From: Elsinoe ampelina | Lineage: Eukaryota | Reading direction: 5' to 3' | Length of the DNA stretch: 37,511 bases | Assembly: GCA_010093995.1 (NCBI GenBank) | Contig: ML992503.1 | Location: 242,984-280,494, forward strand | Shown: positions 22,394 to 35,135 of the stretch, piece by piece | How the letters are laid out: each line of letters opens with the position of its first letter | How positions within the stretch are numbered: position 1 is the stretch's first letter | Notes under the pieces: model-generated | The model's input: the letters and a program-made list of their open reading frames with translations, nothing else | Databases searched by the model: none | What the model was told of the DNA's origin: nothing | Program-made: the position numbers and the translations under genes

Positions 22394-22857
22394 TGTTATA
22401 AACTAGTAGGATAAGCTAGAGCGTAGAGACGTTAGAACTAATTAAACTACTAAGGTTATTACGCGACCTAGCCCGACGTTTACCCGGTTCTCTATCTTCT
22501 CTAGTAGCTCTACCCCGGAGACTATAGAGCGCATAGGTTACTAGTAGACGTATACTCTATCTTCTCTAGCGGCTCTACTATAGAGCACGTAGAGTATATA
22601 AGGTACGTAGTAAAGAACACATGTATATAGGAATAGTCCTTACCTTATATAAGTACTATAGTTAACCTTATCTAGATAGCGAACACTAGTATTACTAAGG
22701 CTAGCCTTTATAATACTATCTAATTGTACTTTATTATCTATAAGACATATCTTCTCTAACTCTTACTTTAGTACTATACTACTATAGAAGTAGAACTACC
22801 TCGTTCTTAGCTTAGCTTAGACTACTAATATAGGCTATGTTTAAACAGTTCGTGACA
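22394..22857 (+). repeat. 5' LTR of Gypsy D
   Basis: Direct repeat of 35136-35599; contains an internal 24-bp duplication and TATATAAG near 22647. Confidence 0.96.
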
Positions 22858-22973
22858 TTTTAACTACCCTTACTATAGCATAGCACGCTACAAGGTTAAT
22901 AAGTAACTCTTACTCTAAGTTACTATTAGTATCTTCGATTGCTAGTAAGCTAGGAAAGCTTACTATTAACGAC

Positions 22974-24962
22974 ATATCTACTACTAGTTTAACCTTAGGC
23001 AAACATAGAAGGTCTCTTAGTATAGGGGAAGGACGGAGTAAGCCTAAGTTAGAAGTAGAACTCTTCTATAGGGACTACGCCTACTTAAGGCACTTTCTTG
23101 TTTAACTTAAAGCCTTCTTCGCTCTAGAGAGAGACAAGTACGCTAACGATGTAGTAAAGGTCCTCTATGCCGAGATACACCTTAAAGGCGCTACCTTTAG
23201 GTAATTTAAGCCTTATATAAGTAGCTACCTAGATAGATAACTAGGCCTAGATATAAAGGCTATCTTTAAGAGCTTTAGTATCTTCTAGGCAAAGATTAAG
23301 TAAGTCTTTAACGTATCTAATAAGGAATATATTACTATAACGAAGATTTAACAACTATAACAACGTAGGTCTATAGCCTAGTACTACTCCTAGTTCTAAC
23401 AACTTATAATACACCTAGACTAGAATAATAGTGCTAAACATTTAGTATTCTACTAAGGACTAAGCGACTTAGTTAAGGACTAAATAATACCTAAGCTGCC
23501 TAATAGCCTCTAAGAACTAGTAGATACTACAATTGCTATTAATAACTAACTTTACAAACGACGTATAGAACGTCGTAGAGGATATAAGGTAAATACTAGA
23601 TATACGCGTTTCTCTCGAAACTATAGAGACTCTATAGAACTTAACGCTATATACGAAGGTTACCTCTTATAGGTATAAGGCCGAAGTTGTAGAGGAAAGT
23701 TCCTTAGTAGAAAAGAGAGAGAGAAGTATAGACGAGACAATCTATATTTTAAGTGTAAAAGACCTAGGTATTAGGCTAGGGACTACTAACAAGGGGCGCT
23801 AGCTAATAAATTACATATAATAGTTACCGGGCTAGTAGAGAAAAAGGCTAATACTACTATAGAAGACCTAACGATCTTTAGCGTAGGTAAGGAAATATAG
23901 AAGAAGTCTACGATAACTCGAGAGGTAATAGAATTCTCTCTAGATATTATACTTAATATCTCTATAACTAATAGCGAATAACAAAGCTAACACGTAACGC
24001 TATTATAGATAGTATATTATAATAACTCTTGTTATATTTACTTATTAGACAAGTAAGGATCTAGTTAGTTTCTATATAAGCTATTTAAGCGTAGGTAACT
24101 AACGAAATAGCTAGACTAGGAACCTAACCTAGAAGAGCTCTCTATAATTAGTAGTAACATTAACTAACCTTAGAAGGTAGTTAGCGACAATTACTAATAT
24201 ACAATTATTAAGACGAAGTATTAGGACGTAAGTGCTATATAACAATATAGTAGCCTTACCTTTAGCTCTTATAGTAAACTATAAGGAAAGGTATATTATA
24301 TATCGCTCTAGAAATATATAAATCTAGATTGTAAATAGTACTATACTATTTACTTATATAATATACTTAGAGAAGAGGCTATTAGTCTTAAATACACTAT
24401 AGACTTCACGGTAATTGAAATAGGTAGTACTATTTCCTATAGCTAAGTACGGGAATGTACTTAGTATAGCCTTACTAACTATAACTATACTAGGGGTAGC
24501 AGCGATAAAGAGAAATATAACGAAGAATACACTAAACGACTATAATATAACAACATAGATAAAGACTTATCTAACGACAAAGACGATAATATACTACTAC
24601 CGGGCGGACAACTTAAGGCATACCTTATAGGGATATAGAGAAACTATATAATAATATACACCTACTACTAGAATAGAATACAACAAGATAAATCTACTTA
24701 ACCTACGTTTGTCTTTAACGCTAATACCTAGCTATACCCGGAGGGGATAGTTATACTAGTATAGGTATATAATACTACTTAGTATAACTAGTAGAGAATT
24801 ATTAAACTTTATAGTTATTAAGGAACGTAAGTATTAGAAGTTTACCTTGCTATATTAAACAACGATAAAACATAACTTGCCTAATAGATATAGTACTAAT
24901 AGTAGATACGCGTAGGAAGGGATTAGCTACTTATCTAAGAAGCTATAATAATAAAAAACTAG
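22974..24962 (+). pseudogene. Gypsy D gag (ORF1, ~660 codons) with CCHC knuckle and long Cys/His-rich C-terminal extension
   Basis: De-RIP motifs: FYQGL, YGDPMELDA ~23622-23648, CFKCKRPGHQARDC ~23745-23786, H.TLSWTACYDDSC.IH.SDK.GSGWFP ~23991-24074. Ends at AAAAAAC-TAG. Confidence 0.85.
24953..24959 (+). promoter_or_regulatory. Putative -1 ribosomal frameshift heptamer A AAA AAC
   Basis: X XXY YYZ slippery site immediately before the gag stop and ~130 nt upstream of the protease DSG. Confidence 0.7.
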
Positions 24963-27745
24963 CTAGTTGTTACCTAATAAGGTAAGACAATAACGCTAGC
25001 TAAAGCCTTAATATAATAAAGATCTATATATTAAATTACTTTATACTAGAAGCCTAGATATAAGAAAATAAGGTAAGAGTAATAATAGATTCGGGAGCTA
25101 ACTATAGCTACGTCTCTATAATAGTTACTAAATAGCTTAAACCTTATTAACATTAGAAGGAGTTACCTTACCTACTTACTATAGCTAATAGAACCTCTAT
25201 AGAGAAGGATAGGAAAGTTACTTAGGAACTATAAAACGTTATAATTAAAATCGGGACATATATAGAAAAACAATTAATCGATATAGTTAACATATAGTAT
25301 AATATAGTACTTAGCATAGACTAGCTTTAATAACACAATCTAGACATAGACTAGATTAAAGAAACACTTAAATTCCCTAAGTGTAATTATAGGACGTAGA
25401 GAGTATAATTAGCTCTATAGATACTAACTATAAGGATAGTATAGGTACGACTAATAGTTAGAGCTATTACTAGCGTAAGTAATTAAGTACTTCCGCCGGA
25501 ATATAAAGACTTTAAGGACTTATTTATAGAAAGGAAAGACATTGTAGCCTTGCTCTAATATAAACTATAGAATTACAAAATACCTTTTAAAGAAGGTAAA
25601 TCCCTAACACACTATTAAGGTCTAATACCACTATCGAAATAAGAGAAGAACGTTCTTAAGAACTACATCGACAAGTACTTACTTAAAGAATTTATACAAC
25701 TATTAAAATTACCTATTGTGCACGGAGTGCTTTTTACACCTAAGAAGGATAAGACATTATAAATATATATTAATTACTAGAAACTTAATACACTTACCCG
25801 AAAGAATTACTATTCTCTACCTAGGATTAACAAACTCTAAGACTAACTACTTAGAGCTAAATAGTTTACTATAATTAATATTAGGAATGCCTATTATTAA
25901 GTATAAATAAAGGAGAGCAAGGAGTAGAAAACAGCTTTTAGGATATAATAGAGTCTATATAAATACCTTGTTATACTCTTTAGGTTAACTAACGCTCCTA
26001 TAACCTTCTAAGAGTTAATTAATAACACTCTATAAGAATACCTTAATAACTTTGTCTTAGCATATCTAGATAATATTATTATCTTCTTAAAGACGTACGA
26101 TAAATATATAGGACATATTTATAAAGTGCTACGAAAACTAAAAGAGAAAGACCTACTAGTAAAACTCTCTAAGTGTAAGTTCTATAAGCATAAGATACAA
26201 TTTCTAGGCTATGTTATATCTACTAATAGTATTAGACCTAATCTAAAGAAGATTAAGTTAGTAAATAACTAGCTAGAACCTACAATAGTTAAGGAGGTTT
26301 AAGCGCTACTAGAGTTCTTTAACTACTACTATAAGTTTATTAAGGGATTCTCCGAAGTAGCTACGCTAATATCTAACCTTATAAAAAAGAAAACTAGCTT
26401 TGTCTTTAACGAAATATATAGGTAGGCCTTTAAGGAGCTAAAGCTTAGACTTATAATAGTACCTATCCTAGCACTCTTTAACCTAGACTAATAAGCACTA
26501 CTAGAAATAGATGCCTTAAACTTTATAATAGAAGTGTGTCTAGTATAGAAAGATATATAAGAATAACGCTACCTAATTATATACTACTTACGAAAAATAA
26601 CTAGGCCTAAACTTAACTACGACATATACGATAAAGAATTACTTATAATTATAGAAGTATTCCGTAAATAGTATATATACCTAGAAGAAACAACCTTACC
26701 TATATAAGTCTATACCGACTATAAGAACCTATTATATTAGACAATAACTAAGGTTCTTAATAGACAATAGGTTCGATAGTTAGAAACACTTACGAGCTAT
26801 AACTTTTAGATCTACTATGTTAAGGGATTAGAGAATAGCAGAGTAGACGCTCTTAGCTAATAACTAGACTACTTAAAGAATATAATAATAATAGAGGCCT
26901 CTATACTAAAGTAGTAAGATAGCGCTTTAGTCTATAAGCACCTAAAGGTAAAGCAATTATATAGCCTTACCTAGGAGCTTACGTAAGAATAGAAAAAAGA
27001 AGTTATTTAAATATACTATAATAACCTAACTACAGGACATAGCAGGATTAATAAGACTATTAAACTTATTATATAAAACTACCTATAGAAAGAACTCCGA
27101 AATAATATTAAGATATATATTACTATATACAATATATACTATAAGTCTAAGCACTTACAATATAAGCTGTATAGCCTACTATAACCCTTACTACTACTAG
27201 ATAAGCTATAATACGAGATAGATACGAACTAGATTTAGTTAGGATGTAGTTTAGATTAGTTACGTAATCTCGGCATTATAGCCTAGACTTCCGGCTACTC
27301 CGCTCTTAATATTATATGTGCTTTATATACTAGCTTTTCTTCTTCTTCTTCTAAGTCTTAATATCTTAACGAATAGACGTAATTAACCTCTTATCTTGCT
27401 AGTTGTAATTACTATATCGAGACTTTAAATAACCGCGACTAAGTAATAGAGCTATTAAATTATCTAGTTATTCTACTACTTATATAACTACTAACTATTA
27501 CTTACGAAGAATTAAAGAATTAAAGAAGAAGCTATTATAACTATAGTTCCTACGTACACTGTAATAGATCCTCGCTACTACTATATAGGTTAATACTATA
27601 AACCCTAAAGATACAAGAAGAAAGTAATAAGTTAAGTTATAGATAACTCTTAAAGGAAGTAAGCTACTAGCTAAAAATTTTTAATATTCCCTTTGTTACG
27701 CGTTGACTTTTTACACTGTTTTATTTACAACTAACTACGCTAAGC

Positions 27746-29098
27746 ATAGCTCGCTCTAACTATAGCAAAGATAATTGCTACGTAAGTAAAATCTCTCTAT
27801 CCCCTACTAATAACAATAATAAACTAGTCTAGTCGGCCTATTACAACCTTATTCGCCTTAGCGATACTAACCTTAAGAAGAGGCTATAAGAGATAGACGA
27901 GATAACTACTCTATATAAGGCCTTCGCCTTTGTTAAGTTTACCTACGACGAATAGGTTACTATACGTAACTTAGTATATACTAACGCTCTTAACCTACGT
28001 AACTAATTAGATAACGCTCTAATAGAACTAGATACTACTAATAGTACTACTAACAATCTTACTGTCTAAATAGCGCGCTACCTCGTAGACATTAGTAAAC
28101 TTAAGGCTAAACTAGCCTAGCTAAGAGCTAAGATAGAACGCGCTATACTAGCTCTCTCTATATGTAGTACTACGTTATTCGAAAAGATACTAGACCCCGC
28201 TATCTTCTCTAGTAGCACTCTAGAATAGTTCGAGGTTTTTAAGCACTAGATAAAGAATAAGATACGCGCTAATACTAACTATTTCTCTACCGAGGCAACT
28301 TAGTTTACCTATCTCTACTTATGCCTTTCTAGCGAAGCGTATACTCTTATTATAGACTCCGCTAGCGATAATACCCTCGACGTCGAAGCTGCCTTTAGTA
28401 TCTTAGCTTAGCGCTTTAAAGACCCTAACTATAAGGCTACTACGCGCGCCTAGTTCGCTAGCCTCTTCTAGCGTAACGCCTCTTTCGACTCCTTTATTAG
28501 CAAATTTAATAAGTATGCTCTTTGCGCTAAGATCGCTAAGGATAAATAGCTCTACTAGTTACATTAGAAGATATCTAATAAACTACATATCGCCCTTGTT
28601 AACTTCGATACTAATAACCTCTCTACCTTTATTATAAAGGCCTACGCTACTAACTATAATATCTAATAGAGCAACCTTATCACTAAGCGCACTTAGGCCT
28701 TACGCTCTAGCCTAGCTATAAGCCGCGCCGCTATAGTACTAATCTGTGTGTCTTATTCTACTTCCGCGCCTACCGCTCTAGCTACCTTCTACCCTATTAC
28801 TAGAGGAGCCCTATAGCTCTTTCGTCTAGCTCTAATACTTACCTATTACGCATGCGGCAAGCCTAGCTATATCTCTACTAAGTGTATAGCTAGCGCCTTA
28901 GAGAAGGCTACTTACGCTACTATATATCCTATACGTATTAGCGCTATAGAAGAGATATAATAGCTCTAGGATCGCTTAGCCAAATTAAGTAACTAAGTCG
29001 ATACTAGTTCGGCTTATAAACTGGATCTAGTTTAGCCTTAGTTCAACCCCGAAATAGATTATAAGTCCACCGACCTATCTAGCTAGAGAAACGAGTAG
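27746..29098 (+). pseudogene. Gypsy B gag (451 codons)
   Basis: CYACGKPGHIS.KC knuckle at ~28844-28885. Ends GAGAAAC-GAG-TAG (possible eroded slippery site). Same length as in copy 1 (14689-16041). Confidence 0.85.
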
Positions 29099-32000
29099 CT
29101 AAAGAACAAGTTCTATTCTCTAGTAGAACAAGGGTAATTCGAGATAGATCCGGAGGTATATAGTTATTAAATAGCGTCGTTAGCCACTACATCCCCGCTA
29201 TTATAACTTCTATTACTATTTACGACCTCTATAACTGCTCTTACACTATTACACTTTAAGCCTTTATCGACACTAGCGCGCTTATTGGCGCTATAGTTAA
29301 CTATAACGTTCTTAACAAGCTAAAGAGTTTTAGCTATCCGGTGGCACTAGCTAGCCCTATTTAGCTTTAGGCTTATAATAGTGTTCCGACAGAACAAGTT
29401 ACTTATAGCGTCCCTCTTACTACTACTGTTTCTAGTAAGCTAAATAACCTTACTACCTTCCGTATTATAGATATTAGCCGATTCGACATTATTCTTGGCC
29501 TTAGATAGCTTAAGGCTAATAGGGCTACTATCGACTACAAGTATAGCCGAGTTATATACAAAGAAGAGTTTTTACCGACAGTTATTAAGTAGGAGCTACT
29601 ATAGCTAATTAAAAGACTAGAATCTAGATCTAAGCCCGGCTTAGATCTAGGAATCTAGCTCGGCAAAGCTACTACTCTAGTTCGGAACTAGTTTAGTTCT
29701 AATCTAACTCGCGAACTAGGTTCTAGCTCGGCCGCTAAGATAGGACAAACTAGACTATATCGACTACTAGCTCTTAGGTTAAACTTTAAGCTAAATTAGG
29801 GAGAGTTTAAGCTAATCTCTTATAGCACTTAGCTAATATATAAGTTCTCCTACGTACTTGCCTATATAAGTAACACTAAGTAAGAAGAGCTAACTATTAC
29901 TTTTATTAGCGCTACTGCCTTCGTATTAGCGGCTAAATACTAAGAGAACGAGGTGTTTATAATCTCGGTAAAGGATATTAAGGACTACTACTAGATAGCT
30001 TCCGAGCTAGAACTAGACTCTATAGTAGTTCTCCTAGAAGAGCTACGGGAGTTTACTAACGTCTTCTCTAAAGAGTAATCTAATATACTTCCTCTATATC
30101 GGCTAGATTTTAACAATTAGATCATACTTAAGGATAGAGCTAAACTGCCACGTACTAAACCCCTTTGCCGCCTATTACTAGAGGAGCTTAATATAGTAGA
30201 GCTTTTTATCTATAAGCACCTTAATAAAGGCTTTATTACGCTAAGCTCGGCTAGCTATTCCTTGCCTATTCTCTTTGTTTATAAGCCTAGTAGCGGACTT
30301 CGCCTTTGCGTTAATTACTATAGCCTTAACGAGGTAACTAAGCGAGACGTCTATCCCCTGCCTCTTATTAAAGAAACACTTACGCGCGTAAGTAAAGCTA
30401 AATAGTTTAGCAAGATTAACATTTATTAAGTCTTCTACTACCTCTATAACTCTGTCGATAGTAAAGACCTTACTATATTCTCTATACACATAGGTAACTT
30501 TAAGTAGTTAGTAATGCTATTCGGCCTTACTAATACCTCTATAGTATAGTAGAGGTTTATAAATTACAACTTCGTCGACATACTCGAGTACTTCGTGTTA
30601 ATCTATCTTAATAACATTCTTATCTACACTAATAGCACTCGCCGAGAGTACGCTAAGTACATTAAGCTAGTGCTCTAACATCTCTACGATTTAGGCCTAA
30701 ATACTAACATTAAGAAGAGTAAGTTCTACCTAATAGAAGTAAAGTATCTTAGTATTATTATTAGTCGAGATAGAGTTAAGATAGATCTAAAGAAGGTCGA
30801 AGCTATATAAGCCTAGAAACAACTAGCCCCTAGTAACACTACTTAGGTAAGAAGCTTTATTAGTTTCTATAGCTACTATCGCTACTTTATTAAGGGATTT
30901 AGTACTATTGCTAAGCTATTAAACGACCTACTTAAGAAGGACGCTACGCTATAGAACGACAAGTGTACTACCGCGTTTAACTATATAAAGTATACTATTA
31001 TAAGTGCCTCTATCTTAGTATACTTCGATTGCTTAAAGTAAGTAGTTGTTAAGACCGACGCCTCCGACACTACTACCGCTAGGATTCTATTATAATATAA
31101 CAATTCTAACATTCTCCGGCCCGTTACCTTCTTTAGTAAATCTATAAGCGAAGCCGAACGTAACTACGTAATCTATAATAAGGAGCTATTAGTAATTGTC
31201 TAAGCCTTTAAGGAATAGGCCCCTAAGCTTATAAGCACTTAATTTAATAAAGCTATTTACGTCCTTACTAACTACTAATCCTTAATACATTTTATAAAGA
31301 CTTAAAAGCTGTTACGCCGCTAAGTGCGCTAGGCTCTCTACCTTACATAGTTTAACTTTAAGATTATATATAGGCCTAGCGCCGCTAACGGTAAGGCCGA
31401 CGCACTTATAAGGAGGAATAGAGATATACTACGTTCGAAGGAAGACTCTAATTTACGCTAGACGCTATTGCTACATAAAGTGCTAGATTAGCGCATTATT
31501 AACAAACTAAATCTAGGTCGTATTCGAGCTAGATTGCTAATCTAGGCTAAACTAAGATCTAGTTTAGCACCTATTTCGCTACCTATTTCGGCTTACGAGC
31601 TAGGCACCTATATAGCACTTATCTCCGCTATAGAAGAGCCTTTACTCCTTTTCGACGAAGTAGCTAAAGCTAACTTGCGAGACTCTAACTTCGAAACAGT
31701 TTACGGCGTTTACTATATAATAGGAGCCTTCCTAAAGAGGAAATAGTTACTATCGACTAATGTCACAATCGAGAAGAGGATACTATACGCCGCTAGCCGA
31801 TTAATCGTGCCTTTCTCTATAGCTATAAAAGTTATCTAAGGAGTCTATATATCGAAGAATTATACACACGAAGGGGCTACTAAGACGGCCGCTATAATTA
31901 AGTCTACTTTCTATATCCCTAGGTGCAATCCTAACGTTAAGAGGTTCGTCGCTAACTGTTACAACTATAAGCGCTTAAAGGCTTACTATAGCTTACTAGC

Positions 32001-33130
32001 TAGCCCCCTATTGCTATTGCCTATTCCGGTTAGGCCCTAGTAATACATTACTATAGACTTCGTTACTAGCCTACCCCTAGTAGATAGCTATAACGTAGTG
32101 CTATGTATTGTTAATTGCTTATCTAAGGAACGACACTTAATCTCTTACTTCTAGGGAGAAGGAGAAACCTCTATATTCGAGACAGCTAAGCTATTATTCT
32201 TCTATATATAGAAACTATATAGCCTACTAGATAGTATCACCTCGAATTGCGGCCCTTAGTTCGTTAGTAACGTATAGAAGAGGCTCTACTAAATCCTAAA
32301 GATTACTGCTAAACTATCTACTATAGGGCATCTATAGATAGACAGCTAATTAGAGGTTATAAATCGCAAGTTCGAGCGAGTTATCCGTTTATACGCTATA
32401 CGCTTTAGTAATTAGACTCTTATTCTACTAGTTATAGAGTTCTCCGCTAACGTTAACCTATTAGAGAGTACTAAGCTATTACTGTTCGAGGTTACTAGAG
32501 GATATAAGCTAAGGCTAAGCTTCTAACTCTCTTTCGACGTACTATTAATAAGAGCTAAGCTAAATAAGGTCGACATCCGCGCACTTGCTAAATAACTAAA
32601 AGAAGCGCTAGTTATTACTAAAGCTAACCTCGCTATTACCTAATTACGTATAGTAGAACAAGCTAATAAGCACCGCTAGCCGATAGAGTTCGAGGTAGGC
32701 GATTTAGTGTAGTTATCGACAAAGAACCTCTAGCTATATAGCAATCTAAAGCTACTATTAAAACACGTTAGTCCGTATAAGATCCTTAAGAAGTAGTTAC
32801 TATTAGTATATAAGCTAGATCTACTAGCTACGCTATAACGAATCTACCTCGTGTTCTACGCTAATCTACTTACTAAGTATCTAAATAACTCTCTACTAGG
32901 CTAAGCCTTTAAGGAACTACCTCCGATAGAAGTCGATAGTAAAGAGAAATACGAGGTAGACAACGTAGTTAACGTATATATACTACGCAGTAAACTAGTT
33001 ACTTATGTAAGCTAGAAGAGCTATCTAGAGAATCTTATCTAGTGGCTAATTAACAATCTTAAAGGAGTAGCTAACGTGCTATATAACTATCTAGACTCTT
33101 ACACGGATAAGCTAAGGCCGAAATAGATTA
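29090..33130 (+). pseudogene. Gypsy B pol (PR-RT-RH-IN-chromodomain)
   Basis: FIDT(G)A ~29263; LRLC.DY..LN ~30298; YL(DD)ILIY ~30604; TDASD ~31054; integrase HHCC ~31850-31968; W..I.IDFV..LP ~32038; chromodomain EKYEVD ~32944. Confidence 0.92.
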
Positions 33131-34512
33131 ATAAATAATATATAATAGTATTTAAGGGTAAACGCGCTTAAGAGAGAGAGTAGTAATACAAGATAGATAC
33201 GAACTAGATTCAGTTAGGATGTAGTTTAGATTAGTTACGTGATCTTAGTATTACGGCCCGGGCTTCTAGCCGCTCTACCCTTAATATTACGCGTACTTTA
33301 TATACTAGCTTTTCTTCTTCTTCTTCTAAGTCTCGATATCTTAACGAATAGACGTAATTAACCTCTTATCTTACTAGTCGTAATTAAGCTATAGTAATTA
33401 GTTATAATAGACTTTATAGGACCTCTACTACTATTAGAAGAACCTCTTATAGGTATAAAGTATAATAGTATTTTAGTTCTAGTAGATAGGTTTACGAAGT
33501 ATTACTACTTTGTACTATATAAGACAATAGTAACTACCGAGGATATAGCCTTTACCTTCCTCCGAATAATTGTTTTATAATATAGAGTACTACGAGACCT
33601 AATAACTAATAGGGATAAGCTATTTATATTACAATTCTAGTAATTATTTATAGACCTACTAGGAGTTAAATATAAGCTATTAACCTCCTTTTATCTATAA
33701 ACGGATAGACAAACTAAATAGGTAAATTAAGTACTAGAGTAGTACCTACGATGCTACCTAAACTATAAGCAAGACTTATAAGTAACACTATTACTACTTA
33801 CGGAGCTCGCTATTAATAATAGAAAGTCTGCGAATAGAGTTTTACTATTCTATATAAACTATAGAATATGCCTAGATCTATACTACGATATACTTAGAAT
33901 TAAGCTAGTATCTAAAGACACTAATATACTAGTTACTAACATTAAGAAACTATATAACTAGCTATACTATAATATAGCATTTATATTACAAAGAATAGTA
34001 GAATTTACTAACTAGAAGAGAATTACAGGACTAATTCTAAAGGAGAGAGAGAAAGTTTACCTCCTTAGTAAAAACATTAAAACGAAACAACTAAGTAAGA
34101 AACTTAACTATACTAAACTAGAACTCTTTAGAATCCTAGAAAAGAAAAATAAGAACGTATATAAACTAGAACTACTAAGACATATAAGGATCTATTTAGT
34201 CTTTTATATATTACTACTAGAGAAAGCACTATAAAACGCTATACCTAGACCTATTAAACTAGACGAAGAAATATAGGAGCTATAGTATAAGATTAAAAGG
34301 ATTTTACGTTATAAACTTATAAAAGGAAAACGCTACTATCTTATTTACTAGAAGGAACATTAGTATAGCGAAGTAACATAGGAACTAGAGAAATACCTTA
34401 CCTTATAAGTAATTCTAGATTACTAAATCGAAAACCTATCCTAAGTAAACTAACTAGGTAGGCCCGACGCTACTACTACTAAACAAAAACGAGAACGCTC
34501 TAGAAAGACTAC

Positions 34513-35061
34513 TTAGCCGATAGAAGTACTCTAATCGTTACTAAATAGAGAACCCTAGTTAGAGTTAGGCATAAATAATTACTAGTCCTATAGTAGGATA
34601 GGATCTACTAATAATAGTATTTTCTCCTACTCTAAGACTTAAATACGAGTCTCCTCTAGAGAGATTACTTTCTCTACCTTATCCTCTAACTTTTATATCT
34701 CTTCGCGTAGGCGAAGCTTATTACCTATAGCTCTTTAATAAGCCTCTTTTGCCTTTTTATAAGCTTCTTTAGCTTTCTTTCTAGTAGCCTTAGCTATAAC
34801 TAATTCCTTTCGTAAACGAATATACTTAGACTAGAGACGCTACTATTTCGATTTTGTTACTTAAATATTATAACTAGAGTAGTTACTTATAACATACTAG
34901 CTATAGATACCCGACCGAATATAGACCTTATAGTCTAGCCCCTTCGATTTACAACGAGAATAAGCCTATAGCATATTAGTTCTAAATAGTTTAATAAACT
35001 TCGAGAGATTCTTTTATATAGATATACTAGATTTACTATGCCTTCGACAACTAGGAGGTAT
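34513..35061 (-). pseudogene. Antisense accessory ORF of Gypsy D (~180 codons): Zn2Cys6-like motif plus coiled coil
   Basis: Reads Y-x2-C-x6-Y-x8-Y-x2-Y-x7-Y at 34870-34962, where every Y is TAT (the RIP product of TGT, Cys). Followed by an E/K/A/R-rich helical stretch (RLRKEL..AKEA..KAKEA..LRLREE..KLED). Start and stop are inferred. Confidence 0.62.
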
Positions 35062-35135
35062 ATTTAGTACATAGCGCGTAAAGATAGAAAAGAATACTTA
35101 CTCGTTAGAATAACTTAATTAAAGAAGAAGAGTAA

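Larger units (their letters stand above)
27209..33386 (+). mobile_element. Ty3/Gypsy chromovirus family B, copy 2, full length (6178 bp), nested in the Gypsy D integrase
   Basis: 203-bp LTRs at 27209-27411 and 33184-33386; TSD AGCTA at 27204-27208 and 33387-33391; PPT ~33170-33183. Confidence 0.97.
24953..34560 (+). pseudogene. Gypsy D pol (PR-RT-RH-IN-chromodomain), interrupted within the integrase at 27209-33391
   Basis: IDSGA ~25085-25099; YLD(D)II ~26063; ETDA ~26503; HHCC ~27014-27142. PDKPW/QSVTMDF spans the insertion site. Chromodomain-like Y....IL......GK.YYLI.WK.......TWEPE at ~34287-34390. The end is approximate. Confidence 0.9.

Noticed and set aside
22858..22870. Possible self-priming PBS of Gypsy D (TTAACTAC versus ATAGTTAA at ~22658)
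   Set aside because: Only a 7-8 nt AT-rich match, very close to the TATA-like box; not supportable from this window.
30241..30489. 82-aa ORF from the supplied track
   Set aside because: It is antisense to the Gypsy B RT; a chance open frame with no independent signals.
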